Below are positions 1 to 8,753 of a DNA stretch of 38,126 nucleotides, piece by piece; within the stretch, counting starts at the first letter, position 1; each line of letters opens with the position of its first letter. The translations under genes were made by a program, and so were the position numbers. The stretch covers positions 1-38,126 of the forward strand of contig JBEIQI010000003.1 in assembly GCA_040376605.1 (NCBI GenBank), written 5' to 3'. The notes beneath the pieces are model-generated. The model made no database searches and was not told the DNA's origin. It saw only the letters and a list, made by a program, of their open reading frames with translations. This DNA is from Flavobacteriales bacterium. GTDB taxonomy: Bacteria > Bacteroidota > Bacteroidia > CAIKAF01.

Positions 1-88
1 AAAACCAACATCCAATAAATAATAAGTAATAGGTAGCCAAAAAGGCAAGTGTTCTATAATCTGCTTTATATTTTAGAAGTCCTGACAT
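1..88 (-). CDS. N-terminus of a second membrane fatty acid desaturase paralog (partial, runs off the left edge)
   Basis: Manual translation from ATG at 88 gives MSGLLKYKADYRTLAFLATYYLLFIGCWF, which aligns with the start of the desaturase at 1957 (MLKYKEDIRTIIFVAGYFGIAIFTWF). Not in the ORF track. Confidence 0.75.
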   Translation of the reverse strand, partial: MSGLLKYKADYRTLAFLATYYLLFIGCWF

Positions 89-94
89 TGAAGT

Positions 95-102
95 CAAAAA
101 TA
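95..102 (-). promoter_or_regulatory. Bacteroidota sigma70 -7 element (TATTTTTG)
   Basis: Matches TAnnTTTG on the minus strand, 6 nt upstream of the ATG at 88. Confidence 0.5.
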
Positions 103-154
103 CGTAAAACTAACGAAGTGAAAAATGATAATTGACAGATTATGTTTTTTGAGA

Positions 155-1780
155 CTAGTCAATAACTGTAATAATACCCTTTTCTTTTAGTTCCTTTTGA
201 TATTTCTTTGCAGCCCGTTCCACTTTGAGATAACTTAAAAAACCGAGACTTCCACCCATTAGCTCAAGGCTTGTAAATACACCACCAGTAAAGGCTCCAG
301 CAACACCCAAAACTGCGGCATCAGCTCCCGTTAAATAAAGATTCTTAACAGGAGTTTTTACGTGATTCCATTTTTTAAGCATTCTATCTGGGGAGGTATG
401 CATGCCGTAGATGCATCCTTTATTATGCATGGTAAAGTGTTCAGTGCTGAGTGGAGTGGAAAGCTCATAAAAATCAATCATGTCCTTAAATCCCGGATAA
501 TGACGTTCAATAAAATTGATCATTCTTTGAGCCAAGATTTCTTTAAACTCCTCGTATTCATCTCCACGCTTTTTCCACTTATCATCCTTCCACTTCTCAA
601 ACATCTCATAACTAACAAAGGTGATAATTTCACCAGTATTTACAACCGCTTCAGGGTCCTTCAATGATGGAAAAGAAAGGAAGGCCATTTTCATTCTATC
701 ATCAATGATAGCATCAATGTCTTTGAACATTTCATCATGATCATATTCATCAAAAATCCAGTGATTTTCGCCTTTAAATCCAAGTTTTGTAGGAGACTCT
801 TTAAATCCAATATACAAGCATAAATGGGATAGTCCATCCGGATGATCCCGAACCTCATCAGGAAATTCGGCTCCAAAATCTCGATGCAATAAATTTGTAT
901 ATGTATTATAAGCCCCTGCACAAGAAACTATTACGGGTGCATAGAAGGTTTCTTCAGTTCTTTTCTTTCCTTGTTTCACATCAACCTTAACCCCAACCGC
1001 CTTACCATCTTCTACAATGATATCCTTTACCTCATGGTTTACCAATATTTTACCCCCAGCCTTTTCAATGATAGGTTCCATTGCCTGCGCAATGGTTTTA
1101 GCTGAACCAATTGGATAATAACCTCCATTGTAAAAGTGTTTAACAACCATAGCATGATTACAGAACGAGCCATTACCTGGCACCGCTCCATAATTCCCCC
1201 ATTGAGAAACTAATAACCCTTTTAACTTCGGATCCGTGAAAGTTTGATCTAAATATTCTTTAGTGCTCATAGTAGCCAACTTTGTGCTAGCTGCCGACGG
1301 CTTCTTAATTATTTTTAAAAGAGCTGGTAAATGTTTATATATGATATTATCTCTATACCAAGTATCCGCCTTAACCACATCAATTAAATATTTTTTTATC
1401 GAAGCTTCTTGGTGGGGAAACTGGGCTATCAGCTTCTTTTCAAACTCTTCGCTACTGCTTGGACATTCAAATGTGAAATCTGGAAATACAAACTTATCAA
1501 ATATATAAGGCATTTTTTTCCATCGAACTTTGCCCTGAGTTGCATAATCAAATAATATTCTGAAATCATGACCTTCTTCTAGGTCTCCAACGTAGTGAAC
1601 GCCTACATCCCAGTGGTAGCCTTTTTCTCTTTTGAAAGTGTGTGTAAAGCCCCCTACTATGTAATGTTGTTCCAAAATAAGAACTTTTTTACCTTGCAAC
1701 TGGGACATAAAGGATCCTACCGTAAGACCACCTAGGCCAGAACCTATTATAATAATATCGTAATCGCTATTTTTGCTCAT
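155..1780 (-). CDS. FAD/NAD(P)-dependent oxidoreductase, phytoene desaturase / retinol saturase (RetSat)-like
   Basis: N-terminal dinucleotide-binding motif IIIGSGLGG, GGFTHTF, WDVGVHYVG, STPLS and C-terminal NLYLTGAD; 541 aa. Confidence 0.85.
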   Translation of the reverse strand: MSKNSDYDIIIIGSGLGGLTVGSFMSQLQGKKVLILEQHYIVGGFTHTFKREKGYHWDVGVHYVGDLEEGHDFRILFDYATQGKVRWKKMPYIFDKFVFPDFTFECPSSSEEFEKKLIAQFPHQEASIKKYLIDVVKADTWYRDNIIYKHLPALLKIIKKPSAASTKLATMSTKEYLDQTFTDPKLKGLLVSQWGNYGAVPGNGSFCNHAMVVKHFYNGGYYPIGSAKTIAQAMEPIIEKAGGKILVNHEVKDIIVEDGKAVGVKVDVKQGKKRTEETFYAPVIVSCAGAYNTYTNLLHRDFGAEFPDEVRDHPDGLSHLCLYIGFKESPTKLGFKGENHWIFDEYDHDEMFKDIDAIIDDRMKMAFLSFPSLKDPEAVVNTGEIITFVSYEMFEKWKDDKWKKRGDEYEEFKEILAQRMINFIERHYPGFKDMIDFYELSTPLSTEHFTMHNKGCIYGMHTSPDRMLKKWNHVKTPVKNLYLTGADAAVLGVAGAFTGGVFTSLELMGGSLGFLSYLKVERAAKKYQKELKEKGIITVID

Positions 1781-1921
1781 GGAGGATTAAACTCAAAAAA
1801 GTGATGCAAGTATAAAACTAAATTTATATATTAACTAATTAAAGACCTATTTAGGGGTTATACCTACCATACAAACTAGTATTTGTCTTATAAATCAGTT
1901 TCAAAGTCCCTATATAATGCA

Positions 1922-1929
1922 TACCTTTG
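1922..1929 (+). promoter_or_regulatory. Bacteroidota sigma70 -7 element (TACCTTTG)
   Basis: Exact TAnnTTTG match upstream of the desaturase. Confidence 0.55.
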
Positions 1930-1956
1930 CGCCAATCATAATTGAAGAACTGCTTT

Positions 1957-2895
1957 ATGCTTAAATATAAAGAAGATATTCGAACCATCATTTTTGTAGC
2001 CGGTTATTTTGGTATTGCCATTTTTACCTGGTTCTCCTTACCGATGAAATGGTACCTAGCGATTCCATTAATTGCTCTAAATTGTTTTATTTCATTTTTT
2101 TGTGCAACCATAGTTCACAACACCATTCATTGCCCCATCTTCAAGAATAGGCAATTAAATCGTATTTTCCAGGTAATTCTTTCCTTTACTTATGGTCATC
2201 CTGTAAGCGCTTATGTTCCTGGCCATAATTTTAGTCATCATAAATATATGCAAAGCGACAAGGATAATATTCGAACTTCAAAGGCTCGTTTTAAATGGAA
2301 CTTATTAAACCAATTATTTTTCTTTTACATCATGAGTTTTGACATTCTTCGCTCGGAGATGAGGTTTACAAAAAAAATGAAGAAAGAAAAGCCAAGATGG
2401 TATCGTCAGTATATGCTTGAAAATATTTTATTGAATGTGGTAAAAATTGCTCTATTAATAATTGATTGGCAAAAGTTTCTGCTAATTGTTTTTATTCCCC
2501 ATCAATATGCTGCCTGGGGAATAGTTGGCACCAACTTCTGGCAACATGAAGGCTGCGATGAACATCACCCATATAACCATAGCAGAAATTTCGTAGGAAA
2601 ATTTTTAAACTTTTTCGCCTTTAACAATGGCTATCATGGCATGCATCATTTAAGACCAGGATTGCATTGGAGTTTATTGCCGGCTTATCACGAAAAATAC
2701 ATCACCCCAAATATCCATCCTAATTTAAATCAAAAAAGTCTATTTGTATATTGCTGGAAAGCATATATATGGCCCGGAAAGAGGCTTGACTATTTGGGAA
2801 ACCCAGTTGTGCTTCAACCAAAAGTTAAGGATAGAGATTGGGTGGCAGATGTTCCTGTTAGTGAACATAGTTCATCACTAGGGGCCATTCAATAA
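1957..2895 (+). CDS. Membrane fatty acid desaturase family protein
   Basis: Three His boxes (HNTIH, HNFSHH, HGMHH) and hydrophobic segments. ATG at 1957 preferred over TTG at 1942. Confidence 0.88.
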   Translation: MLKYKEDIRTIIFVAGYFGIAIFTWFSLPMKWYLAIPLIALNCFISFFCATIVHNTIHCPIFKNRQLNRIFQVILSFTYGHPVSAYVPGHNFSHHKYMQSDKDNIRTSKARFKWNLLNQLFFFYIMSFDILRSEMRFTKKMKKEKPRWYRQYMLENILLNVVKIALLIIDWQKFLLIVFIPHQYAAWGIVGTNFWQHEGCDEHHPYNHSRNFVGKFLNFFAFNNGYHGMHHLRPGLHWSLLPAYHEKYITPNIHPNLNQKSLFVYCWKAYIWPGKRLDYLGNPVVLQPKVKDRDWVADVPVSEHSSSLGAIQ

Positions 2896-4008
2896 TTATT
2901 TTAAGTCCTTGTAAAACTGGATAATGGATTTTATCACCCATTGTTGCTCACGATCAGTCATTTCGTAAAACAATGGAAGCCGAACGAGGCAATCTCCAAA
3001 AGTCTTTGTATTCCTTAATTTGAGTCGATTGGCATGCACTATTTTATTATCGGATAGGTGCAGTGGTTTATAATGAAAGGTCGCTTCTATTCCATTAGTT
3101 TTTAAATAATTGATTAATTGATCTCGTGTTTTTTGGGTTTTGGTAATGATGTAAAAAATATGCCCATTACCCCCCTCAACATTGGGTGGAAGCTGAATGT
3201 CATTATTTTGAGCCAATGGCTTCAACAATCTAAAGTATTCATTCCAAAGTGAAACTCTTCTTGTATTAATTGTCTCTCTTTCCTTTAAGCTAGCTAATAA
3301 AATTGCGCAAAGAGGCTCCGCCAATAAATAATTAGAACCAATGATCTTCCATGAATAAAATTTGACCTTCCCTTTGATAAACTCAATCTTATCTGTTCCG
3401 CATTGGGAAATCATATTTGCTTTGATCCAGTATTTCTGGTTATTCACAATTACTGCCCCCCCTTGACCACAACTTATATTTTTGGTTTCATGAAATGAAA
3501 AAGCAGAAAAATCACCCATTTTGCCAATTGGGTATCCATCGGCAGTTGAACCTAAACAGTGTGCAGCATCCTCAATTACTGGGATCCCGTATTTCTTCCT
3601 AAGGTTTTTGATGTTAGAATAATTAATGGCAACCCCCCCATAGTGTACAATTACAATGGCCTTTGTTTTTGATGTAATAGCTTTTTCTACCTCCGCCAAA
3701 TCGGCAGAAGGATGATTTTGATACGTATCCACAAATACCAATTTAGCCCCACGTAAAGCAAACGCATTGGCCGTAGAAACATAAGTATAAGAAGGCAGTA
3801 TTACTTCATCACCCACTTGGATATTTAAAGTTATTGCAATTAACTCTAAAGCCGCAGTGCATGATGGAGTAAAAATTACCCGGTTAAATCCAAGTTCGGT
3901 CTCGAAAATTCTTTGACAGCTTTGATAATTCTTTCCTAAAGTTCGAAGAACATCACTTCCTTTAATTGTAACTAAAGGCATATATGGCTTATTAAAAGGA
4001 ACTTTCAT
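2896..4008 (-). CDS. wecE: dTDP-4-amino-4,6-dideoxy-sugar aminotransferase (DegT/DnrJ family, WecE/RffA-like)
   Basis: VPFNKP, TPSCTAALE, PSYTYVSTANAF, IEDAAH and the PLP-lysine motif FSFHETKN. Confidence 0.88.
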   Translation of the reverse strand: MKVPFNKPYMPLVTIKGSDVLRTLGKNYQSCQRIFETELGFNRVIFTPSCTAALELIAITLNIQVGDEVILPSYTYVSTANAFALRGAKLVFVDTYQNHPSADLAEVEKAITSKTKAIVIVHYGGVAINYSNIKNLRKKYGIPVIEDAAHCLGSTADGYPIGKMGDFSAFSFHETKNISCGQGGAVIVNNQKYWIKANMISQCGTDKIEFIKGKVKFYSWKIIGSNYLLAEPLCAILLASLKERETINTRRVSLWNEYFRLLKPLAQNNDIQLPPNVEGGNGHIFYIITKTQKTRDQLINYLKTNGIEATFHYKPLHLSDNKIVHANRLKLRNTKTFGDCLVRLPLFYEMTDREQQWVIKSIIQFYKDLK

Positions 4009-4012
4009 CCAA

Positions 4013-4020
4013 CAAAGTTA
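4013..4020 (-). promoter_or_regulatory. Bacteroidota -7 element (TAACTTTG) immediately before the wecE ATG
   Basis: TAnnTTTG match 4 nt upstream of the ATG at 4008, just downstream of a terminator. Confidence 0.5.
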
Positions 4021-4036
4021 TTAGTTTCATTAAATA

Positions 4037-4063
4037 AATAAGCCCCCAAAATGGGGGCTTATT
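4037..4063 (-). terminator. Rho-independent terminator after the T9SS repeat protein
   Basis: Perfect 11-bp stem AATAAGCCCCC / GGGGGCTTATT with a 5-nt loop and A/T-rich flanks, 4 nt after the stop at 4068. Confidence 0.8.
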
Positions 4064-4067
4064 AAAA

Positions 4068-6620
4068 TTAATGTTTTATGATTCTTTTCGCGAAAATTCG
4101 GCCATTAACCAATTTCACATTGAGGAAATAAATTCCGGGAGCTGATTCGGAAATATCTATTTCTGTTATGAATGTAAATTCTGATTTAGAAGTAGTCGTT
4201 TGAAATACTTGCTTGCCTTGAATATCCAAAATATAAATTGCTAATTCACCCATCATATCGTCCGATAAGGATAAATAAAATTTACCGGAAGTTGGATTCG
4301 GATATAAATTCAAATCGTCATTATTCCAATCCTCAATTGATAAACAAGCCGAAACTAAAATGGTTTCAGTAACTGTATCCGTACAATTGTTTATATCGGT
4401 AAAACTGTACGTGATAATATAATTCCCTAAACTTAATCCTTGAGGGTCAAAAGTCGTCCCCGTCACATTGGTTCCTGAATAAGTTCCTCCAGCCGGCGAA
4501 GATCCAGTTAAGTTAACTAATCCATAGGTTGTACAAACCGAATCTGTTGTAAAATTGAACGATACGGTTGGTAATAAATTGACGGTCATTGTTTGAGTAT
4601 TCGTATTTGAACAGTTATTTAAATCTGTGCCAGTAACTGTATAAGTTGCTGTTGTTGATATTGGAAAAGGACTTGAATCGACAACTCCTCCTGACCATGA
4701 ATAGGAATTAGCACCGGAGCCACTTAACGTTACATTAGATCCTTCACATACCGTTGTCGATGGGGCAACTGTTACTCCAATGGTAGGTAGGGCGTTGATG
4801 GTTAATGTTTCAGTAGCTGTACCTGTACAACCATTTAAATCAGTCCCTGTAACCGTATATGTAGTGGTAGATAATGATACTGGGAAACCGACTCCATCGG
4901 TTATTCCACCAGACCACGCATAACTATTTGCTCCTGACCCACTCAAAATAATTGAATCTCCATCACAAACTATATTAGAAGGAGAGGCGTTAGAACTTAT
5001 TGTTGGATTTGCATTTAGATTTATGGTAACTGTTGAGGTGTTTGAGCAGCCAAATGCTGTTGTTCCTGTAACGGTATAAACACCCGGAGTAATCGCCGCA
5101 AAAGGGTTACCGTTGGTTACTCCACCCGACCAACTATAGGAGCTGGCACCGGTACCATTTAAGGTTAATGTTTCTCCTTGGCATAAAGTGGTACCCGGAG
5201 TTGCTGTTGATCCTACTATCGGCAAAGCCAATCTCACAATTGATATGGTACCCGTTGATGAACATAAGTTTGCATCCGTTCCTGTAACTGTATAGGTTGA
5301 GGTTCCCGGTGTTACAGCATTATTAGGAGCACCATTTACAATACCACCAGACCACGAATATGTATTGGCACCTAACCCGTTCAAAGTAAATGTTCCTCCA
5401 ACACAAACCGAATCATTTGGAGTAGCAGATGCTGTAACCGTTGGTAACGCATTTACGGTTAGGCTCACAGTAGCGGTTGAAGTACAACCACTTAAATCAG
5501 TCCCTGTTACGGTATAAGTGGTTAAACCAGGAGTAGTCGTGGTAAAAGGAGCACCGTTTATTACGCCTCCGGTCCAAGAATATATAAATGCACCGCCACC
5601 TGTAAAAATTACATCTGATCCCAAACAAACAGGTGATGCTGGAGATACCGATCCAGTAGTTACCGAACCAGCAGGAACATTAATGGTAACTTCACTGAAA
5701 TTAGATGCACATGGTCCATTGGTGATTGTCCACCTAAAGGTCGAACTTGTGCCTGGAACCAAGCCTGTTACACCAGAGTTAGGCAGGTTGGGGTTTGTAA
5801 CAGAACCAGATCCAGCCACAACGGTCCAAGTGCCGGTGCCAAATGTTGGGGAATTTCCTGCTAATGTTGCGGTAGTAGCTCCGCAGGATGCATCGAAATT
5901 GGTTCCTGCGTTAGAAACCGATGGTTGATGCCATACCGTAATATTTTGAGTTGTAGAGCAATAACCAAAGGTATAAGTAACTGAATAAACTGCGCTGTTA
6001 CCAGCGGGAGCAGGTGCAGTAAAAATAGCACCACTAACACCAACACCTGTAAAGGTTCCTAAATCACCAGAACCAGGTTGAGCACTTCCAACAGCTGCCG
6101 GAGTTGCTGTTAAATTTCTTGTTTGGCCTTGGCACATATCGGCCCCAGAGGAGGTAAAACTGAGGTTATTATTCTGGCGAACATTGACAGTTATGGAGGA
6201 TGCTCCGCCAGGTAGACAATTATACTGGCGAACATCAATCAAAGCATAGTCCGTAAAACCAGGCACCATTACCGCCGAGGCGGCTGCAGTTCCGCATTCA
6301 GGTCCAAGGTCATCATTATATGCAAAAGGCCCGGTGGAGGCAGGAGTTTGGAAACAACCAATTTGTGTATCAAATGGCGCCCCACAAGTGCTAACTGTGT
6401 AACAGGCTCCTGCAAGTACCGGCATTCTAAAATAAGTGCCGGGGCTATAACCGTTAGTAGTAGTATTAACCCCACAACCAGCATTTGGAAGGATTTCTCC
6501 AAAATAAGTCACACTCCTGGTGCAATTCACCCCTGCTAATGTATTTGTGCAAGATTGACTATACCCATTAAGAGAAAAAATTAAAACACAAACAGATAGA
6601 ATTGGTAGAATTTTTTTCAT
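4068..6620 (-). CDS. T9SS type A sorting-domain protein with Cys-containing Ig/PKD-like repeats (adhesin-like)
   Basis: Signal peptide MKKILPILSVCVLIFSLNGYSQ; Thr/Gly/Ser-rich repeats; C-terminal domain LYPNPTSG...IYILDIQGKQV...APGIYFL...KRIIKH. Confidence 0.88.
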   Translation of the reverse strand: MKKILPILSVCVLIFSLNGYSQSCTNTLAGVNCTRSVTYFGEILPNAGCGVNTTTNGYSPGTYFRMPVLAGACYTVSTCGAPFDTQIGCFQTPASTGPFAYNDDLGPECGTAAASAVMVPGFTDYALIDVRQYNCLPGGASSITVNVRQNNNLSFTSSGADMCQGQTRNLTATPAAVGSAQPGSGDLGTFTGVGVSGAIFTAPAPAGNSAVYSVTYTFGYCSTTQNITVWHQPSVSNAGTNFDASCGATTATLAGNSPTFGTGTWTVVAGSGSVTNPNLPNSGVTGLVPGTSSTFRWTITNGPCASNFSEVTINVPAGSVTTGSVSPASPVCLGSDVIFTGGGAFIYSWTGGVINGAPFTTTTPGLTTYTVTGTDLSGCTSTATVSLTVNALPTVTASATPNDSVCVGGTFTLNGLGANTYSWSGGIVNGAPNNAVTPGTSTYTVTGTDANLCSSTGTISIVRLALPIVGSTATPGTTLCQGETLTLNGTGASSYSWSGGVTNGNPFAAITPGVYTVTGTTAFGCSNTSTVTINLNANPTISSNASPSNIVCDGDSIILSGSGANSYAWSGGITDGVGFPVSLSTTTYTVTGTDLNGCTGTATETLTINALPTIGVTVAPSTTVCEGSNVTLSGSGANSYSWSGGVVDSSPFPISTTATYTVTGTDLNNCSNTNTQTMTVNLLPTVSFNFTTDSVCTTYGLVNLTGSSPAGGTYSGTNVTGTTFDPQGLSLGNYIITYSFTDINNCTDTVTETILVSACLSIEDWNNDDLNLYPNPTSGKFYLSLSDDMMGELAIYILDIQGKQVFQTTTSKSEFTFITEIDISESAPGIYFLNVKLVNGRIFAKRIIKH
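4575..5650 (-). repeat. Five tandem ~73-75 aa protein repeats
   Basis: Unit (V/L)CxG...L.G.GA..YSW(S/T)GG...YTVTGT...C....T..VN.LP recurs five times (VCLG, VCVG, LCQG, VCDG, VCEG); boundaries approximate. Confidence 0.8.
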
Positions 6621-6736
6621 AAAACTTGGGTATAAAACTTGTTGGTTTATTATACATGTTATACAAATATGTAAAAAAAGCTCTTATCCACAAAAGAATA
6701 CTATAAATTTACAACGAGATAAAATAAATATTACAC

Positions 6737-8752
6737 ATGAATTGGCTAAAAAATAAAAGGACTCAAACTCATCTATTTATTTTCATTTCAGCCTTTATTT
6801 TGTTTGCCAATACCTTTTCACATGAATACGCCTGGGATGATAAAATTGTCATTGAAAAAAACCCAAGAGTGCAAAAAGGAATCAGTGGTATTCCTCAGTT
6901 GTTTGTAAAATACAGTTCGCAATATCAATATGATAAATATGGCTATCGGCCTATAACACTTAGTAGCTTTGCCTTTGACTATTCGATTTCAAATGGAAAT
7001 CCGAAATTTAGTCATATAATGAATGCGTTTTATTATGCCATTTTATGTGTATTAATTTTTATTTTTCTATCGGCCCTATTTTCTCAGTATCATTTTATTT
7101 TTGCCCTTATCGCATCCCTCCTTTTTCTGGTACATCCCCTACATGTAGAAGTTGTTGCCAACATTAAGAGCAGGGATGAGATTTTCGGACTTTTGTTTTC
7201 TATTGCCTCCTTCATCACGTTTTTAAAATACCTGAAAACAAAACAATTACCTTATATATTATACACACTTCTCCTTTACCTATTGGCTTATTTATCCAAA
7301 GAAAATTCAATTACCATGTTAGCCATATTCCCTTTAATTCTGGCTATTAAAAAAATAAAAATTTCACTCAAGTTAGCTAGTGCTGTAGGTGGCATGTTGT
7401 TATTATTGGGCGTGATTTCTACCATTATTTATATCCTCGCTGCCAGCAGCACCGCAGATGCTGAGACGTCCATGGGCAAAGGAATTTTTGAGGAAAATGG
7501 GATCCTCGGCAATAGTTTCTTTCATTTAAGTGGGTTTGGCCAAAAGCTTCCTAATGCAATGAATATTGTGGGGATTTACCTGAAAAATTTTATCCTTCCA
7601 TACCCTCTTATTTATTATTACGGGTATAACATTGTTCCGGCAACTGGTTGGGGCAATATTGGAGTAATTGTCTCTTTATTGATTCATTTTAGCTTGGCAA
7701 TCCTTGGAATAAAATATTTAAAATCCCGTCCGGAAATTTTATTCGGTTTTCTATTTTATGCCATCTCTATTTCAATTTATACCCATCTGTTTAGAACCTT
7801 AAGCGATACTATGGCGGATCGATTTTTATTTTTTGGATCGCTGGGACTTTGTATTCTTTTGACTGGTATTTTGGGACTCATTTTTAAAATTAATTGGTCG
7901 GATTTAAAGGATAAAAAACTGAAGTCGGATTTTTCGATTCGACAATTTATTCAATACAATAAGATATTAGGTTATTCAATAATCATCATTTCTGTAGTTC
8001 TTTCGGGGGTAACTTTCGCCCGAAATAAAAACTGGAAAGATGATATGACTTTAGTAAAGCATGATCTACCGTATATGCAAAATTGTGCCAGGGCTCATTA
8101 CTATTATGCTTCATTATTAAACAAACAATTATTTGAGGATAAAAGTCTATTTAACAATGCCCAAAAAAGGACTCAAGTAGAGTCGGAAATGATTAAGGAG
8201 TATAAAAGAAGCATGGAATTGTCGGATTATTCATACCTATCCTATCTTGAACTTGGAACTTATTATTGCAGAATCTACAATTATAATGAAGGCATTTCCA
8301 TTCTAAAAAAAGGCGTTGAATTGTTTCCAGAAGCTCCTGATATGGCTTTTTATTTAGGGCAAACCTATGTTCTCATCAATGAAAATGCGTTGGCGGTTCC
8401 ATGGCTGGAAAAAAGTATCAAACTTTCATATAATCAACCCACCAATTATTACTTTCTTTCTTTAGCTTATTCCAGAACAAATCGGTTGGAAGATGCCCTC
8501 AGGGTGGTAGATGATGGAATAAAAAAATTTGAGAAAGACAAGGGTTTATTTTATGATGCATTGGGCTTTATCTATTTTGATCATGATCAATTAGACAAAT
8601 CCATTGAATACACCCTTAAATTAAAGGAGACAGGCAAGCCGGAAAAAGATGTTTACAGCTATATTATTGGTAGGTGTTATGCTAAAGGAGATACCGCTAA
8701 AGGAAATTATTATAAAGAGGAAGCCCTGTTAAAAGGAATCGTATTTCAATAA
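6737..8752 (+). CDS. TMTC-like GT-C membrane glycosyltransferase with C-terminal TPRs
   Basis: YAWDD after TM1, YRPI, HPLHVEVVANIKSRDE, SKE, ADRFLF, multiple TM helices and a TPR-like C-terminus. Confidence 0.8.
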   Translation: MNWLKNKRTQTHLFIFISAFILFANTFSHEYAWDDKIVIEKNPRVQKGISGIPQLFVKYSSQYQYDKYGYRPITLSSFAFDYSISNGNPKFSHIMNAFYYAILCVLIFIFLSALFSQYHFIFALIASLLFLVHPLHVEVVANIKSRDEIFGLLFSIASFITFLKYLKTKQLPYILYTLLLYLLAYLSKENSITMLAIFPLILAIKKIKISLKLASAVGGMLLLLGVISTIIYILAASSTADAETSMGKGIFEENGILGNSFFHLSGFGQKLPNAMNIVGIYLKNFILPYPLIYYYGYNIVPATGWGNIGVIVSLLIHFSLAILGIKYLKSRPEILFGFLFYAISISIYTHLFRTLSDTMADRFLFFGSLGLCILLTGILGLIFKINWSDLKDKKLKSDFSIRQFIQYNKILGYSIIIISVVLSGVTFARNKNWKDDMTLVKHDLPYMQNCARAHYYYASLLNKQLFEDKSLFNNAQKRTQVESEMIKEYKRSMELSDYSYLSYLELGTYYCRIYNYNEGISILKKGVELFPEAPDMAFYLGQTYVLINENALAVPWLEKSIKLSYNQPTNYYFLSLAYSRTNRLEDALRVVDDGIKKFEKDKGLFYDALGFIYFDHDQLDKSIEYTLKLKETGKPEKDVYSYIIGRCYAKGDTAKGNYYKEEALLKGIVFQ

Positions 8753-8753
8753 A

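Noticed and set aside
155-1780. Carotenoid cluster (crtI)
   Set aside because: No crtB/crtY/crtZ in the window, and the motifs fit the RetSat-like branch better
4575-5650. Possible DNA repeat array or CRISPR
   Set aside because: The repeats are degenerate, in-frame protein repeats with no identical direct repeats or spacers; no cas genes
5518-5928. 136-aa plus-strand ORF and other short ORFs nested in long genes (e.g. 362-667, 12579-12875, 22996-23334, 26852-27148)
   Set aside because: Antisense or alternate-frame shadows of well-supported CDSs
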